DNA of 64,000 nucleotides from a bacterium (GCA_049970495.1 JBMFMV010000001.1:2604-66603), one strand, 5' to 3'. Positions 28,951 through 41,904 are shown, numbered from the stretch's first letter. The notes: a model not told the origin generated them from the letters alone. Numbers and translations are program-made.

Positions 28951-31203
28951 TTATTTAAGTTTTGCTAAGAGGTCATTCAGCATCTCTTCTGTAAATGCAC
29001 CCCTACTAAAGTTAATTAAGCTCCTCAGGGGCATATATCTAAACATAGCCCTCATCATTTGAGAACCTTCCCCTGTTGTGGCAAAAAACGGCATACTTTC
29101 TTTCAACTGCTCCATTAATTGGCTAAATATCATAGAGCCCATTTGGTCTTCTAGAAGATCACCTATTGGGGTATTTCTAGTAAACTGTTTTTTCACCTTT
29201 TTAGTAGAATTGACCTTAATAGTCTCTCTGAGGCGTATATCCTTTGAAGAACGCCCAACTAGTATCTCAAACTCTCCTGTCTCTACGTACCAGTCTTTTA
29301 TATCGACATTGTAGTAAGCAAATGCCCTTTTATCTAATGTAAATGTTATACTTTTTTCTTCTCCTGGCTGTAGCTCTATCTTCTCAAATCCCTTCAATTC
29401 TTTCTCTGGTCTTATTACACTACTTTCAACATCTCTTATGTATAATTGAACAATCTCTTTTCCAGGTATATTCCCGGTATTCTTTACCTTGACTGTTACA
29501 GTTACGGTCTCATCATCATTTACTTCTCTTTTATCGACAGAGATTTCAGTATATTCAAAATTAGTGTAACTCAGACCATAACCAAATGGGAATAACGGCT
29601 CTATTCCTTTCTTATCATAGTATCTATATCCAACAAAGATCCCTTCTCTGTACTCGACCCTATCATCTTCTCCAGGAAAATTTAGATAAGATGGATTATG
29701 GCTCAATCTTTTTGGAAATGTCTCCGCCAATTTTCCACAAGGATTAGTAATGCCAAAGAGTAGCTCAGCTATGGCACTCCCTCCTCCCTGTCCAGCTAGG
29801 TAAGTCTCAAATAGTCCTTTTACTTTATCTATCCACGGCATCTCTACAGGTGAACCGTTAGAAAGGACAACAATTGTATTTTTTTGAACCTTAGCTACTT
29901 CAAAGATCAGTCTATTATGACTCTCAGGCATACGCATATGAGGCCTATCGTAGCCTTCGGATTCGTAGTCTTCTGGTAAGCCGGCAAAGATGATAGCAAC
30001 ATCTGCCTTTTGGGCAATCTCCTTTGCCTCACTTATAAGGTTCTCATCTATCTCTTCGGAGGTAGGCTCATAGCCTTGGGCGTAGAGAAGTCTAACACTA
30101 TTCCCTACAATCTTTTCTATCTCGTCATAAGGGATGTCTATCATAGTAGGATTTACATGGGAGCTCCCACCACCTTCAAGTCTAGGGTTCTTGGCAAACG
30201 CACCTATAATAGCAATAGTCCCCTGTTTCTTCAGTGGAAGTATGCCATCCTCATTTTTTAATAGGACCATACACTCTCTTGCTACATCTCTTGCTAACTT
30301 ATGGTGAGTCAGTTTGTCATAGGTAGCTCCCTCTTTTTTATTATCTATAGCTCTAAAGATGACCCTTAATAATCTCTCTACTGCCCTGTCCAAGACTTCC
30401 TCAGGGAGTTTACCACTTTTTACCGCTTCAACTATCTTTTTATCATTTATCCCATAGCTAGATGGCATCTCTAGCTCTAAGCCTGCCATAAGTGCAGAGA
30501 CCCTATCATCAACTGCTCCCCAATCTGAGACAACAAAACCCTCATGCCCCCACTCTTCTTTTAAGACCTTTGTAAGAAGAAACTCATTCTCACTACAGTA
30601 TTTACCATTAATCTTGTTATAGGCAGACATCACTGTCCATGGCTGTGCAAACCTTACAGCATTTTCAAAACTAGCTAAGTATATCTCTCTCAGGGTCCTT
30701 TCATCTATTATCTCATCTATCGAATGCCTTCTATGCTCCTGATTGTTAGCAGCAAAATGTTTTATTGATGTCCCAACACCCTGACTCTGGACCCCTATTA
30801 TATGACTTTTGGCAAGCTCTGAAGAAAGGTATGGGTCTTCAGAAAAGTATTCAAAGTTTCTTCCACATAGAGGTGAACGCTTTATATTAACTGCAGGTCC
30901 AAGTATAATTGATACACCTTCTGCTTGACACTCTTCTCCTATAGCTCTACCAACTTTTTCTATCAAAGACCTGTCCCAGGAACATGCCAGACAAGAGGCT
31001 GTAGGGAAACATGTTGCAGGGATGCTTTCAAAAGGTCCTAGACCTGCCTGTTTCCTAAGTCCATGTGGTCCATCGGTCATCATAATTGATGGTATACCTA
31101 GCCTTTCTATTGGTTTTGTATGCCACATATCTAAGCCAGAACAAAGACTTGCCTTTTCTTCAAGGGTCATCTGAGAGATGATCTTTTTGATATCCCTCTC
31201 CAT
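28951..31203 (-). CDS. Glycoside hydrolase family 3 (beta-glucosidase/beta-xylosidase-like) with a C-terminal Fn3-like domain. Start is reassigned to the internal ATG at 31203.
   Basis: GH3 motifs are present: GPHGLRK, SDWGAV, and a C-terminal beta-sandwich domain. The RBS AAGGAGGTG lies 6 nt upstream of ATG(31203), giving MERDIKKII. The ORF-track start at 31239 lacks an RBS. Confidence 0.8.
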   Translation of the reverse strand: MERDIKKIISQMTLEEKASLCSGLDMWHTKPIERLGIPSIMMTDGPHGLRKQAGLGPFESIPATCFPTASCLACSWDRSLIEKVGRAIGEECQAEGVSIILGPAVNIKRSPLCGRNFEYFSEDPYLSSELAKSHIIGVQSQGVGTSIKHFAANNQEHRRHSIDEIIDERTLREIYLASFENAVRFAQPWTVMSAYNKINGKYCSENEFLLTKVLKEEWGHEGFVVSDWGAVDDRVSALMAGLELEMPSSYGINDKKIVEAVKSGKLPEEVLDRAVERLLRVIFRAIDNKKEGATYDKLTHHKLARDVARECMVLLKNEDGILPLKKQGTIAIIGAFAKNPRLEGGGSSHVNPTMIDIPYDEIEKIVGNSVRLLYAQGYEPTSEEIDENLISEAKEIAQKADVAIIFAGLPEDYESEGYDRPHMRMPESHNRLIFEVAKVQKNTIVVLSNGSPVEMPWIDKVKGLFETYLAGQGGGSAIAELLFGITNPCGKLAETFPKRLSHNPSYLNFPGEDDRVEYREGIFVGYRYYDKKGIEPLFPFGYGLSYTNFEYTEISVDKREVNDDETVTVTVKVKNTGNIPGKEIVQLYIRDVESSVIRPEKELKGFEKIELQPGEEKSITFTLDKRAFAYYNVDIKDWYVETGEFEILVGRSSKDIRLRETIKVNSTKKVKKQFTRNTPIGDLLEDQMGSMIFSQLMEQLKESMPFFATTGEGSQMMRAMFRYMPLRSLINFSRGAFTEEMLNDLLAKLK

Positions 31204-31291
31204 TAATAGCACCTCCTTATACTTGTAATTCCAATACACTTAGTAGTATACTAAAGTTAAAGCAAAGATTCAAACAGGAGGTGGTGCTTCA

Positions 31292-32647
31292 ATGCCTAAA
31301 ATAGCTATTATAGGTGCTGGTAGCGTGTCTTTCTCAACCAGTCTTATTAGAGACTTGTCATTAGCTAAGGACCTTTATGGAAGCACGGTTACATTTATGG
31401 ATATCGATGGAAAAAGGCTAGATATGGTCTATGATTTGGCATCTAGATATATGAAAGAGGTCTCTGCTGACTTAAAGTTAGAAAAGACTACAGATAGAGA
31501 AAGGGCTATAGACGGGGCTGACTTTGTGATAAACACAGTAAAGGTTGGTGGTTATGGCTTTATGGAGGCAGAAAGAGATATAGCAGAAAGACATGGTTAC
31601 TATAGAGGACTGGGAGATAAAGTGAGTGATTATTATGGAGGATTTGCTGCATTTAAGCAGTTAAATTTTATTCTAGATTTAGCAAAAGATGTTGAGAAGG
31701 CAAATCCAAATGCATACTTTCTACAGGTATCAAATCCTGTATTTGAAGGGACCAATCTCGTTGTCAGAGAAACAAAGTTAAAAGCGATAGGGTTCTGCCA
31801 TGGTGCAGAGGAATTTAAGATTGTAACAAAGATAATGGGGTTAAAAGAAGAGGATGTAGAATTTCAGGTCGCTGGATTCAATCATTGTATCTGGCTAACA
31901 AGGTTCTTATATCAAGGTAGAGATGGATATCCTCTCCTTGACGAGTGGATAGAAAAAGAATCGGCAAAATATTTCCAGAGTGAAGAATATCTAAATAATC
32001 CCTGGGGGTATCAACTTTGTCCAGCAGTAATAGAGATGTATAGACTCTACGGTTTATTCCCTGTAGGAGATACGGTAAGGAGCGTGTCCCCTTGGTGGTT
32101 TAATACGGATTTAGAGACCAAGAAAAAGTGGTTCTCTGCAGGTGGTCCCGACTCAGAGATTGGCTGGACTATGTATCTTTTTGGATTAAAACTCAGACTC
32201 AGATCAATGATGATGGCTTATGAAAATAAAGAGATGAGTTTGGCTAGAGAGTTCTCAATGCTACCAAGCTCAGAATCTATCGTCCCGTTTATAGACTCTG
32301 TTATAAACGACAAAAGACTTAGACTCATTTTAAATGTTCCAAATAATGGAGCAATAGAGGGAATCCCAGACGATGTGGTAGTTGAGATCCCTGTGGTTGT
32401 AGGCAAAGACTCTATAGAGAGGGAAAAGACAGGAAAACTTCCTGGAAGACTTATGGTTCACATCATAGCTCCAAGATGGTGGAGGATGGAAAATATACTT
32501 CAGGCATTCAGAGATAGGGATAAAATGAGTCTATTAATTATGATTGCCGAAGATCACAGGACGAGGTCATTTGGACAAGCGGAGAATCTTTTGGAGGAAC
32601 TGCTATCTCAAGAGTGGAATAAAGACCTAAGGGAACACTATAGATAG
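31292..32647 (+). CDS. Glycoside hydrolase family 4 (NAD+/Mn2+-dependent glycosidase)
   Basis: The N-terminal Rossmann segment is KIAIIGAGS. The GH4 CHG motif is GFCHGAEE. The length is 451 aa. Confidence 0.8.
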   Translation: MPKIAIIGAGSVSFSTSLIRDLSLAKDLYGSTVTFMDIDGKRLDMVYDLASRYMKEVSADLKLEKTTDRERAIDGADFVINTVKVGGYGFMEAERDIAERHGYYRGLGDKVSDYYGGFAAFKQLNFILDLAKDVEKANPNAYFLQVSNPVFEGTNLVVRETKLKAIGFCHGAEEFKIVTKIMGLKEEDVEFQVAGFNHCIWLTRFLYQGRDGYPLLDEWIEKESAKYFQSEEYLNNPWGYQLCPAVIEMYRLYGLFPVGDTVRSVSPWWFNTDLETKKKWFSAGGPDSEIGWTMYLFGLKLRLRSMMMAYENKEMSLAREFSMLPSSESIVPFIDSVINDKRLRLILNVPNNGAIEGIPDDVVVEIPVVVGKDSIEREKTGKLPGRLMVHIIAPRWWRMENILQAFRDRDKMSLLIMIAEDHRTRSFGQAENLLEELLSQEWNKDLREHYR

Positions 32648-32669
32648 AGATAATTAGATCATTTTAGAG

Positions 32670-33074
32670 CTACACTAGGTATAGAGAAATATTATTTAAT
32701 ATCTCCAGATCTGATTTGTATCCACAGAGTTTCTTAGCAGAATCTAGATCTATCCACTCTGCCCTTGTAATCTCTCCAGGGGCGGAGGATATTTTATAAG
32801 AAAGTGCCTTAGCTAGATACCAGTGGACTGTCTTTTCAATGTTACCCTTTTCTGAGTGTAAATAGCTATAGTGAGTCTCTCCTAGATATTTTTCAATCTC
32901 TACATCTATTCCAGTTTCCTCTTTTACCTCCCTTACTGCGGTCTCTTCTAAAGATTCACCCTCTTCTACTTTACCCTTAGGGAAGGTCCAATAGCCAAAG
33001 CGGTCTAAGATCATAAGAAGATACGTCTTTTTATCCTTTCTATAGGTAATACAGCCTGAAGAGACCTCTTTCAT
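32670..33074 (-). CDS. NUDIX hydrolase
   Basis: The Nudix box is GKVEEGESLEETAVREVKEETGI. Confidence 0.8.
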   Translation of the reverse strand: MKEVSSGCITYRKDKKTYLLMILDRFGYWTFPKGKVEEGESLEETAVREVKEETGIDVEIEKYLGETHYSYLHSEKGNIEKTVHWYLAKALSYKISSAPGEITRAEWIDLDSAKKLCGYKSDLEILNNISLYLV

Positions 33075-33742
33075 GCTTCCTCTAACTCTGCTAAAACTTT
33101 TATAGGGTCCTTTGCCTCGTATATAGGCCTACCTATAACTACAAAATCTACACCTTTCTCTTTAGCATCTTTATATGTACCAACCCTCTTTTGATCATCT
33201 TTATCTTGAGATATCCTTATGCCAGGGGTTACAACAAGAAAGTCCCTTCCTAGATTCTTTTTGATGACTTCCACCTCATTGACACTTGATACAACACCTG
33301 AAAGTCCACACTCTCTACATAGTCTTGCCCTCTTTAAGACTATATCTTTTATATCTCCATAGATACTCAGCGCTTCCAAGTCGTCTTGGCCTAGACTTGT
33401 AAGTAGAGTTATCCCTAATAATCTTATCTCTCCTTTGCTAACTTCTTGTGCCTTAATTAGTGCTTCCTTCCCTACACTACTATGAATAGTAACAAACTCA
33501 GGTCTGTGAGCAAGGATTGTATCTATAGTATTAGAAATAGTATTAGGTATATCGTCAAGCTTTAAGTCTAACATTATCTTCTTACCCATATCTTGGAGTT
33601 CATCAACTAAGCCCCAACCAAATCTATAGAAGGCTATATAGCCAATCTTATAGTAAGAAATCCTATCCCCAAGAGTCTTCACCAGATTGAGTATTTTCTC
33701 CTTGTCTATTAGGTCTAGTGCTACTATTATCTCCGGTATCAT
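33071..33742 (-). CDS. pyrF: Orotidine 5'-phosphate decarboxylase. Start is reassigned to the ATG at 33742.
   Basis: MIPEIIVALDL...DLKLDDIP.. is the ODCase signature. An AAGAGGA RBS lies upstream of ATG(33742). The ORF-track start at 33769 is a TTG. Confidence 0.8.
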   Translation of the reverse strand: MIPEIIVALDLIDKEKILNLVKTLGDRISYYKIGYIAFYRFGWGLVDELQDMGKKIMLDLKLDDIPNTISNTIDTILAHRPEFVTIHSSVGKEALIKAQEVSKGEIRLLGITLLTSLGQDDLEALSIYGDIKDIVLKRARLCRECGLSGVVSSVNEVEVIKKNLGRDFLVVTPGIRISQDKDDQKRVGTYKDAKEKGVDFVVIGRPIYEAKDPIKVLAELEEA

Positions 33743-33752
33743 ATCTATCCTC

Positions 33753-34079
33753 TTAGAATATCCAACCAAGCACCCAAGATATTATACTTATAAAAAGACC
33801 GCCTAATATTGCAGACCAGAAACTTGCTATCTGAAAACCAGGGATAAGCCAAGCCACTACTTCTAAAAGAATAGCATTTATAACTAGTGTAAAGAGTCCC
33901 AAGGTAAGAATATTAATCGGTAGTGTCAATATCTGTAGTATAGGTTTTATTACTATGTTAAGTACCCCCAAGATTAGGCCAGCTATTAATGCATCAATAA
34001 AACTCCTTACTGATATACCATAAACTACATAAGGGGTCAAACATATAGCTATCGTGAGGATAAGCCATCTTTTTAACAT
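33753..34079 (-). CDS. Small 4-TM membrane protein of the DUF360/phage-holin-4-like family
   Basis: 108 aa, very hydrophobic, with four predicted TM segments. Confidence 0.5.
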   Translation of the reverse strand: MLKRWLILTIAICLTPYVVYGISVRSFIDALIAGLILGVLNIVIKPILQILTLPINILTLGLFTLVINAILLEVVAWLIPGFQIASFWSAILGGLFISIISWVLGWIF

Positions 34080-34546
34080 ATATTCACTCCTTCTAGTTTT
34101 AAGAGTAAAATCTTCTTCTCAATACCTAGGCTATAACCACCTAGACTATGCTTACCTATTACCCTATGACATGGTAGTACTATTGGGCAAGGGTTAACTC
34201 TCATAGCACTTCCAACAATTCTACTAGATTTCGGCCTTCCAAGTTTCTTAGCTACCTCTCCATAGGTAAGAGTGCTCCCATATGGAATTGTTCTTATAAA
34301 TTCCAATATCTCCCTATAAATAGGACCTATACAATTATAATCTACAGGAAGATCCCTAAAGTCTATCCTCTCTCCAGAAAAGTAAGATATAAACATCCCA
34401 CTAAGTCCTAGAGGGTCTTTGTAATCTTCTTTTTGTCCCTCTTCGTCCTGCCAATCTAGACTGATAAGCCCTCTATCTCCTATTCTATATACAAATCTCC
34501 CATAACTTGGGATAGTCAAAGAATATACTAAAGGGTCTCTAGCCAT
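34073..34546 (-). CDS. ogt: Methylated-DNA--protein-cysteine methyltransferase
   Basis: The active-site PCHRV motif is present. The HTH segment is TYGEVAKKLG. Confidence 0.85.
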   Translation of the reverse strand: MARDPLVYSLTIPSYGRFVYRIGDRGLISLDWQDEEGQKEDYKDPLGLSGMFISYFSGERIDFRDLPVDYNCIGPIYREILEFIRTIPYGSTLTYGEVAKKLGRPKSSRIVGSAMRVNPCPIVLPCHRVIGKHSLGGYSLGIEKKILLLKLEGVNIC

Positions 34547-36270
34547 CTCTTCACATTCTCAATCACATTTTTAGGTATGCTACATCTCTTTGCTACTTCT
34601 TCTACAGAAAGATCCTTTAATAAAGATATATCGGGATAATTTGACAGAAGCCTCTTCACCCTCTCTTTTCCTACCCCAGGTATCTCAAGAAGGCTAGATT
34701 CTAACTCTTTTTCTCTGAGTTGATGATGATACTTTACCGCAAATCTGTGTGCCTCATCTCTTATCTTCTGAAGAAGCTTTAGTGTCTGCGATCTTCTTGA
34801 GAGTCTCAAGTTATGACCCTCTGGAAACCATATAACCTCTTCTCTCTTTGCCAAACCTATAACAGGTATGTCTATACCTTTTGAATCTAAAACCTCTTTC
34901 ACCGCTCCTACCTGCCCTAAACCTCCATCTATAAGTATAAGATCCGGCAAACCCCAATCTTCGTTATCTAACCTTCTCCAGATCACCTCTTGAAGCATAG
35001 CATAATCGTTAGGACCCTCAACTGATCTTATCTTAAACTTCCTATAACTATTCTTATCTGGAAAGCCATTCCTAAATACAACCATAGAACCAACTGCAGT
35101 CTTTCCCCTTATATTAGATATATCATAGCCCTCTATCACTTCCGGGATCTTAGGAAGTCCTAATATCTCTTGCAGGCTTTTAAGAGGGTCTTCTATATTG
35201 ACTACCTTCTGACTGAATCTCTCTATGGCATTTTTCTCCGCTATATCCAATAGCTTTTTAAGATCCCCTCTCTTTGGGTTCTTTATCTCAACCTTCTTCT
35301 GAGACCTAGAAGTCAACCAATCCTCTATCAATTCTCTATCCCTTATCTCCTGATTGACAAGGATAAGAGGAGGAGCAGGATTTCCATTTCTATAAAATGC
35401 AATAACAAATGCCCCTAATACGTCCTCCTCTCCAGGATTTTCTATATCAAAATCTTCTAATCCTATAAGGACTCCTCTCCTTACAAAGAGAACAACCACA
35501 CTATATTTTGACTTTACATTAAAGAGAGCAAAGATATCTACATCTATCCTTTTATCACTTATTACATACTGCTTTTCGGTAATCTTTTCTAATGCTATAA
35601 TCTGGTCTCTTAAGAGCGCAGCCTTCTCAAAATTTAGTTCTGCTGCCATCTGAAACATCTCTTCTTTAAGAGAATCTATAATCTCTTTACTATTCCCATT
35701 TAATACCTTTATCGCCTCTTTTACGCTCTCTAGATACTGTTTACGGAATGACTCACTGTCATTTATGCAGGGTGCAGAACACAGACCAATATGATAATTT
35801 AGACAGGCATTCTTAAATCTAGAGGGATCACCATTACAGCTTCTTATCTTAAATCTCTTACGTATTACATGAATAACCGCTCTTAGAGCCTGCGTACTTG
35901 TATAGGGTCCAAAGTATTCTCCTTTTCCCTCCATCCTACGTGTTACGGTAAGAACAGGGTACTTTTCTTTAGTAATGAGTATATATGGATAAGTTTTATC
36001 ATCTCTAAGCCTTACATTATAAGGAGGCTTATACTGTTTTATAAGATTATTCTCTAAGACAAGGGCTTCCATCTCCGAGGAGGTAACAATGTAGTCCACA
36101 TCTTCCACATAAGACACCATATCCCTTATCCTTGGATTGTCAGGGTTTAGATATGACCTTATTCTATTCTGTAAGACCTTAGCTTTTCCAACATAGAGGA
36201 CATTATTATCTTTGTCCTTCATTATATAAACACCTGGAGATTCTGGGAATATATCTGTTAACTTAGGCAT
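34528..36270 (-). CDS. uvrC: Excinuclease ABC subunit C
   Basis: The GIY-YIG N-terminus is [16 protein letters not shown] UvrBC motif and a C-terminal HhH are present. Confidence 0.9.
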   Translation of the reverse strand: MPKLTDIFPESPGVYIMKDKDNNVLYVGKAKVLQNRIRSYLNPDNPRIRDMVSYVEDVDYIVTSSEMEALVLENNLIKQYKPPYNVRLRDDKTYPYILITKEKYPVLTVTRRMEGKGEYFGPYTSTQALRAVIHVIRKRFKIRSCNGDPSRFKNACLNYHIGLCSAPCINDSESFRKQYLESVKEAIKVLNGNSKEIIDSLKEEMFQMAAELNFEKAALLRDQIIALEKITEKQYVISDKRIDVDIFALFNVKSKYSVVVLFVRRGVLIGLEDFDIENPGEEDVLGAFVIAFYRNGNPAPPLILVNQEIRDRELIEDWLTSRSQKKVEIKNPKRGDLKKLLDIAEKNAIERFSQKVVNIEDPLKSLQEILGLPKIPEVIEGYDISNIRGKTAVGSMVVFRNGFPDKNSYRKFKIRSVEGPNDYAMLQEVIWRRLDNEDWGLPDLILIDGGLGQVGAVKEVLDSKGIDIPVIGLAKREEVIWFPEGHNLRLSRRSQTLKLLQKIRDEAHRFAVKYHHQLREKELESSLLEIPGVGKERVKRLLSNYPDISLLKDLSVEEVAKRCSIPKNVIENVKRWLETL

Positions 36271-39097
36271 ATACCTTCTCCTCTACCTTTAAGACCTTCC
36301 TTAGATACATTCCAGTATAAGAATTTGGGTTTTGGGCTACCTCCTCCGGTGTTCCCTCTGCGACTATATAACCACCCTTGTCTCCCCCCTCAGGACCTAG
36401 GTCTATTATGTAATCTGCTACTTTTATTACATCTAGATTATGTTCTATCACTATAACTGTATTACCCATATCTACCAATCGCTGTAGAACATTTATAAGT
36501 TTTTCTATATCTGCAAAGTGTAATCCTGTTGTAGGTTCATCTAATATATATAGAGTCTTTCCAGTACTCTTTTTACATAGTTCTGAGGCAAGCTTTACCC
36601 TTTGGGCCTCTCCACCTGATAGGGTTGGAGCAGGCTGACCAAGTTTTATATACCCAAGACCAACATCTTGAAGTGTCTGTAACTTCTGTCTTACTGTTGG
36701 TATATTTTCAAAGTGGACTAATGCCTGATCTACCGTCATATCTAAAACATCAGCAATATTAGCCCCTCTATACCTTACCTCTAATGTCTCTCTATTATAC
36801 CTCTTACCATTACAGACCTCGCAAGGAACATATACATCAGGGAGGAAGTGCATCTCAATCTTAATCATCCCATCCCCATGACAGGCTTCACACCTTCCAC
36901 CCCTCACATTGAAGCTAAACCTACCAGGTTTATAACCTCTTATTTTTGCATCATGGGTCTCTGCAAAAACCTTTCTTATATCATCAAATACCCCTGTATA
37001 AGTAGCAGGATTAGACCTAGGAGTTCTACCTATAGGAGATTGGTCTATATTTATAACCTTGTCTATGTACTCTAAACCTTCTATCCTATCATACTTCCCA
37101 GGTATTACCCTGGATTTATAGATCTCTTTCATTAAAGCCTTATAAAGGATATCATTTACCAATGTGCTCTTACCTGAACCTGAAACTCCTGTTATAAGTA
37201 CAAGGAGTCCTAAAGGGATGTTCACTGTTATATCCTTCAGATTGTGCTCCTTAGCCCCTACTATTGTAAGATATTTCCCGTTAGGAGAGCGTCTTATAGG
37301 TGGAATAGGTATACTCTTCTCTCCTGAAAGGTATTGCCCTGTTATAGAATCCCTACACCTCATTATCTCATCAGGGGATCCAACGGCTACCAAATAACCA
37401 CCATGTTCTCCCGCCCCAGGACCTATATCTACTATATAGTCAGCTGATCTCATCATAGATTCATCATGTTCTACAACTATTACGGTGTTTCCTAGATCTC
37501 TTAGTCTCTTTAGAGTATCTATAAGTTTTGCCTCATCTCTAGCATGTAATCCTATACTTGGCTCATCTAAGACGTATAAAACACCCATAAGGCCTGAGCC
37601 TATCTGAGTTGCAAGCCTTATCCTCTGAGCCTCTCCACCAGAGAGGGTTGCAGTAGGTCTATCCAAAGAGATGTAATCTAATCCAACATCTATAAGAAAT
37701 TGGAGTCTTGCTTTTATCTCTTTAAGTAGCTGGTGAGCTATATAGGTTTCTCTCTCTGTAAGCTTAAGGTTATCTATGAACTCTATCAATTCTCTTGGGA
37801 CCATTGCAATGACATCTGCAATAGACTTTTCTCCAACCGTAACTGCCAAACTCTCTGGCTTTAACCTCTTCCCACCACAGGCAGGACAAGGATAGGGTCG
37901 CATGTACTGCTCTATCTCTTCTCTAGAATAATCGGACTCAGATTCTATGTACTTTTCTTCTAACATAGGTATGATACCCTTGTAGTACATATTTACATAT
38001 CTTTTCTGACCGGCAAAACCCCAAAAGCTAAACCTCAAAAATATATTAGGGTCTCCATATAAAAGGATTCTAAGTTGCTCTTCAGTAAGCTCTCTAACAG
38101 GTGTAGTAAGATAAAAACCAAGTTCTTCCCCAAGTGCTGAGAGTAAACTGGCATGATAACTTCCAAGCGGAACCCATGGGGCTATTGCCTCCATTATAGG
38201 GAGGTTCTTGTCTGGAATCACAAGGTCCGGGTCTACCTCCATCTTAAATCCTAATCCAGAACACTCAGGACATGCTCCATAGGGACTGTTAAAAGAGAAT
38301 ATACGAGGACTAAGCTCTTCCATACTTACACCACAGTATGGACAGGCAAATTTCTCACTCAATAATAGTTCTTCTCCATCCTCAATACTTATAATAGCTA
38401 TACCTTCTCCCATCTTTAGGGTAGTTTCTAATGATTCTGTAAGACGGGTTCTCACCTCTGGCTTTATTATAAGCCTATCTACAACAACCTCTATGTTATG
38501 CTTCTTATTCTTATCGAGTGTTATCTCCGAATCAAGTTCTACTAATTTTCCATCTATCCTAGCCCTTAAAAATCCAGCCCTTCTTATCTCGTCCAATACA
38601 CCCTTATATTCTCCCTTTCTCCCTCTAACTACTGGGGCTAGTATCTGTAACTTTGTCCCAGGCTCGAAAGACATTATCTGATCAACCATCTGATCAACCG
38701 TCTGCTGAGCTATAGGCCTACCACATTTCCAACAGTGAGGATGCCCTATCCTTGCAAAAAGAACTCTTAAGTAATCGTATATCTCGGTTACTGTTCCTAC
38801 TATAGACCTTGGATTGTGAGATACACTCTTCTGGTCTATAGAGATAGCTGGCGAAAGTCCATCTATAAAGTCTACATCGGGTTTATCCATAAGCCCTAGG
38901 AATTGTCTAGCATAGGCAGAAAGGGATTCTACATAGCGTCTTTGTCCCTCGGCATAAATAGTATCAAATGCAAGAGATGACTTACCTGACCCACTTACTC
39001 CAGTAAGGACTACAAGTTTATCTCTAGGGATCTCTAAGTCTATATTTTTCAGATTATGCTGTCTAGCCCCTCTTATAATAATCTTATCTAGTGGCAT
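36263..39097 (-). CDS. uvrA: Excinuclease ABC subunit A
   Basis: 944 aa. Two ABC modules are present with Walker A motifs [11 protein letters not shown] and [11 protein letters not shown]. Zinc-finger CxxC pairs are present. Confidence 0.9.
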   Translation of the reverse strand: MPLDKIIIRGARQHNLKNIDLEIPRDKLVVLTGVSGSGKSSLAFDTIYAEGQRRYVESLSAYARQFLGLMDKPDVDFIDGLSPAISIDQKSVSHNPRSIVGTVTEIYDYLRVLFARIGHPHCWKCGRPIAQQTVDQMVDQIMSFEPGTKLQILAPVVRGRKGEYKGVLDEIRRAGFLRARIDGKLVELDSEITLDKNKKHNIEVVVDRLIIKPEVRTRLTESLETTLKMGEGIAIISIEDGEELLLSEKFACPYCGVSMEELSPRIFSFNSPYGACPECSGLGFKMEVDPDLVIPDKNLPIMEAIAPWVPLGSYHASLLSALGEELGFYLTTPVRELTEEQLRILLYGDPNIFLRFSFWGFAGQKRYVNMYYKGIIPMLEEKYIESESDYSREEIEQYMRPYPCPACGGKRLKPESLAVTVGEKSIADVIAMVPRELIEFIDNLKLTERETYIAHQLLKEIKARLQFLIDVGLDYISLDRPTATLSGGEAQRIRLATQIGSGLMGVLYVLDEPSIGLHARDEAKLIDTLKRLRDLGNTVIVVEHDESMMRSADYIVDIGPGAGEHGGYLVAVGSPDEIMRCRDSITGQYLSGEKSIPIPPIRRSPNGKYLTIVGAKEHNLKDITVNIPLGLLVLITGVSGSGKSTLVNDILYKALMKEIYKSRVIPGKYDRIEGLEYIDKVINIDQSPIGRTPRSNPATYTGVFDDIRKVFAETHDAKIRGYKPGRFSFNVRGGRCEACHGDGMIKIEMHFLPDVYVPCEVCNGKRYNRETLEVRYRGANIADVLDMTVDQALVHFENIPTVRQKLQTLQDVGLGYIKLGQPAPTLSGGEAQRVKLASELCKKSTGKTLYILDEPTTGLHFADIEKLINVLQRLVDMGNTVIVIEHNLDVIKVADYIIDLGPEGGDKGGYIVAEGTPEEVAQNPNSYTGMYLRKVLKVEEKVYA

Positions 39098-41070
39098 TAT
39101 TTCTTTACCGGCTGTCCTAAGATTTCTCGTAGTTTAATAATCTCGTCCCTTATCCTTGCCGCCTTTTCAAACTCTAGATTCTCTGCAGCTCTTCGCATCT
39201 CTTTTTCTAGGAATTTCAGTCTTTTGACTATCTCCTTCTTAGATAGCTCTTCTACATCGTATATCTCCTCATCTTCCGCTACCTCTAACATATCTCTTAC
39301 TTCTTTCTTTATAGAGGTTGGGGTTATATTATGGAGCCTATTATACTCTAGCTGTGCCATCCTTCTTCTATTAGTCTCTTCTATAGCCCTTCTCATAGAA
39401 GATGTAACAAAATCTGCATACATTATAACTCTACCGCTTATATTCCTTGCTGCTCTTCCCATGACCTGTATGAGTGAACGTTCAGACCTAAGAAATCCTT
39501 CTTTATCGGCATCAAGTATCGCTACTAAACTCACCTCTGGTAAGTCAAGTCCCTCTCTAAGAAGATTTATACCTACTACAACGTCATATTTACCGCTCCT
39601 GAGACCCTTTATAATCTTTGTCCTTTCAATAGCATCTATCTCCGAATGGATATATGTAACTTTGATATTTAATTCCTTAAGGAATTGGCTTAAATCTTCC
39701 GCCATCCTCTTTGTAAGTGTAGTAACCAGCACCCTGCCACCAGCATCTACCGTCTTTCTAATCTCCTTTATAAGGTCTTCAACCTGTCCTTCAGTTGGTC
39801 TTATCTGAATCTCAGGGTCAGGGACCCCTGTTGGTCTTATAAGCTGTTCTACCACCTGACTAGATACCTCAAGTTCATACGGACCCGGAGTAGCAGAGAC
39901 AAAGATTGTCTGTCCAACAATATCTATAAACTCATCAAACTTTAAGGGTCTATTGTCCAATGCAGATGGCAATCTAAAACCATACTCTACTAGTGTCTCT
40001 TTCCTTGACCTGTCACCCTCATACATCCCTCTAAGCTGAGGTATTGTTACATGTGATTCATCTATAAAAAGTAGAAAATCTTTTGGGAAGTAATCTATTA
40101 ATGTATAAGGCCTCTCTCCAGGCTTACGACCACTTAAGTGTCTTGAATAGTTTTCTATACCTGGACAATATCCAATCTCTAGCAGCATCTCTATGTCATA
40201 TAAGGTTCTAGATTCAAGTCTCTGCGCCTCTAACAGTTTCCCTTGAGATCTGAGCTCTTTCAACCTTTCCTCAAGCTCAGCCTTTATACTTTCTACCGCT
40301 CTAAGAAGCTTACTCCTTGTTGTTACAAAGTGTTTGGCTGGATAAATCACTATAGACTTTAAAGTACCTAGCACTTCCCCTGTTATAGGGTCGAATTCTA
40401 TGATTCTATCTACAGTATCACCAAAACAGTCTATTCTATAGATTATCTCCTCTGAGGATGGGAATATCTCAATTATATCTCCCCTTACTCTAAAGTTACC
40501 CCTATCAAGTTCTGTATCATTTCTCTCATACTGTAGGTCAACAAGTTTATCCAAAAGGGCTTCTCTATCTATAGTATCTCCAACTCTTATCTGTGCTGTA
40601 ATCTCTTGGTAGTCCTCAGGTGAACCCAGTCCATAGATACAGGAGACACTTGCTACTATTATGACATCTCTCCGTTCCATAAGGGACTGAGTCGCCGAGT
40701 GTCTCATCCTATCAATCTCATCATTTATAGATGCATCCTTCTCTATATAGGTATCGGTAGTTGGTATATATGCCTCAGGTTGGTAGTAATCGTAATAGCT
40801 AATAAAATATTCTACTGCGTTATATGGAAAGAATGTCTTAAACTCACTATACAACTGTGCTGCTAAGGTCTTATTATGAGCAATAACAAGGGTTGGTCTC
40901 TGGACTCTCTCTATAATATTTGCCATAGTAAAAGTCTTACCACTTCCCGTTACCCCTAAGAGAGTCTGAAACCTATAACCCCTTTGAAGTCCTTCTACCA
41001 GCTTCTCTATAGCTTGGGGCTGATCTCCTGTAGGTTTAAAACTAGAAACCAATTTAAAGTTTTTCACCAT
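39097..41070 (-). CDS. uvrB: Excinuclease ABC subunit B
   Basis: The helicase motif is GVTGSGKT. A DExH box is present. The C-terminal UVR domain is [12 protein letters not shown]. Confidence 0.9.
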   Translation of the reverse strand: MVKNFKLVSSFKPTGDQPQAIEKLVEGLQRGYRFQTLLGVTGSGKTFTMANIIERVQRPTLVIAHNKTLAAQLYSEFKTFFPYNAVEYFISYYDYYQPEAYIPTTDTYIEKDASINDEIDRMRHSATQSLMERRDVIIVASVSCIYGLGSPEDYQEITAQIRVGDTIDREALLDKLVDLQYERNDTELDRGNFRVRGDIIEIFPSSEEIIYRIDCFGDTVDRIIEFDPITGEVLGTLKSIVIYPAKHFVTTRSKLLRAVESIKAELEERLKELRSQGKLLEAQRLESRTLYDIEMLLEIGYCPGIENYSRHLSGRKPGERPYTLIDYFPKDFLLFIDESHVTIPQLRGMYEGDRSRKETLVEYGFRLPSALDNRPLKFDEFIDIVGQTIFVSATPGPYELEVSSQVVEQLIRPTGVPDPEIQIRPTEGQVEDLIKEIRKTVDAGGRVLVTTLTKRMAEDLSQFLKELNIKVTYIHSEIDAIERTKIIKGLRSGKYDVVVGINLLREGLDLPEVSLVAILDADKEGFLRSERSLIQVMGRAARNISGRVIMYADFVTSSMRRAIEETNRRRMAQLEYNRLHNITPTSIKKEVRDMLEVAEDEEIYDVEELSKKEIVKRLKFLEKEMRRAAENLEFEKAARIRDEIIKLREILGQPVKK

Positions 41071-41181
41071 AGTATATCCCTTAGTAAATTATATCATAAA
41101 AACCTTCGCCTATTCTCTATTAAAAAGAAATATAGTATAATTCAATAGAAGTTAAAAAGTCTAAAAAGAAGGTGATCAAAG

Positions 41182-41904
41182 GTGGGAAATATTAGAGTAA
41201 CTGTATGGAATGAATTTCGCCATGAGAAAATTCATGAGGAGGTAAAAAAGGTATATCCAAATGGCATACACAATGTAATCGCAGAGTTTCTGAAAAAGCA
41301 GCCAGGGATAGAGGTAAAAACCGCTACTCTAGATGAACCAGAGCATGGCTTAACCCAGGAGGTCTTAGATAATACCGATGTACTTATATGGTGGGGTCAT
41401 ATGGCACACAATGAGGTGAATGATGAGATTGTAGAGAGGGTATATAATAGAGTATTAAATGGAATGGGGCTCATTGTCTTACACTCTGGGCATCTATCTA
41501 AAATCTTTAGAAAACTTATGGGAACAAGCTGTATGTTAAAGTGGAGAGAAGCTGGAGAAAAGGAGAGAATATGGGTTTTAGAGCCTGGACACCCTATAGC
41601 TGAAGGTCTAGGGGAATATTTCGAGATACCCCACACAGAGATGTACGGTGAAAGATTTGATATTCCTAAACCAGATGAACTAGTCTTCATAAGCTGGTTT
41701 AAAGGTGGAGAGGTATTTAGAAGTGGTTGTTGCTTCTATAGAGGAAAGGGTAAGATATTCTACTTTAGGCCTGGTCATGAGACATTCCCAATATACTATC
41801 AGCCAGAGGTTCAGAAGGTTATATATAACGCAGTCAAATGGGCTGCGCCTATAAAAGGGCCAGAGATTCGTTTTGGTAATGTAAAACCATTAGAAGAGAT
41901 CTAA
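41182..41904 (+). CDS. ThuA-like trehalose-utilization / class I glutamine-amidotransferase-like protein
   Basis: 240 aa, GTG start with an AAGAAGGTGA RBS upstream. ThuA-like motifs are present: DVLIWWGH and HSGH. Confidence 0.6.
   Translation: MGNIRVTVWNEFRHEKIHEEVKKVYPNGIHNVIAEFLKKQPGIEVKTATLDEPEHGLTQEVLDNTDVLIWWGHMAHNEVNDEIVERVYNRVLNGMGLIVLHSGHLSKIFRKLMGTSCMLKWREAGEKERIWVLEPGHPIAEGLGEYFEIPHTEMYGERFDIPKPDELVFISWFKGGEVFRSGCCFYRGKGKIFYFRPGHETFPIYYQPEVQKVIYNAVKWAAPIKGPEIRFGNVKPLEEI

Noticed and set aside
31204-31239. Upstream extension of the GH3 ORF ([12 protein letters not shown]...)
   Set aside because: No RBS precedes it, whereas AAGGAGGTG sits 6 nt before the internal ATG at 31203, which gives the conserved MERDIKK N-terminus.
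41071-41181. Search for an SOS/LexA operator upstream of uvrB
   Set aside because: No CGAAC-N4-GTTCG-like or CTGT-N8-ACAG palindrome was recognisable by eye. The lineage-specific box may differ.
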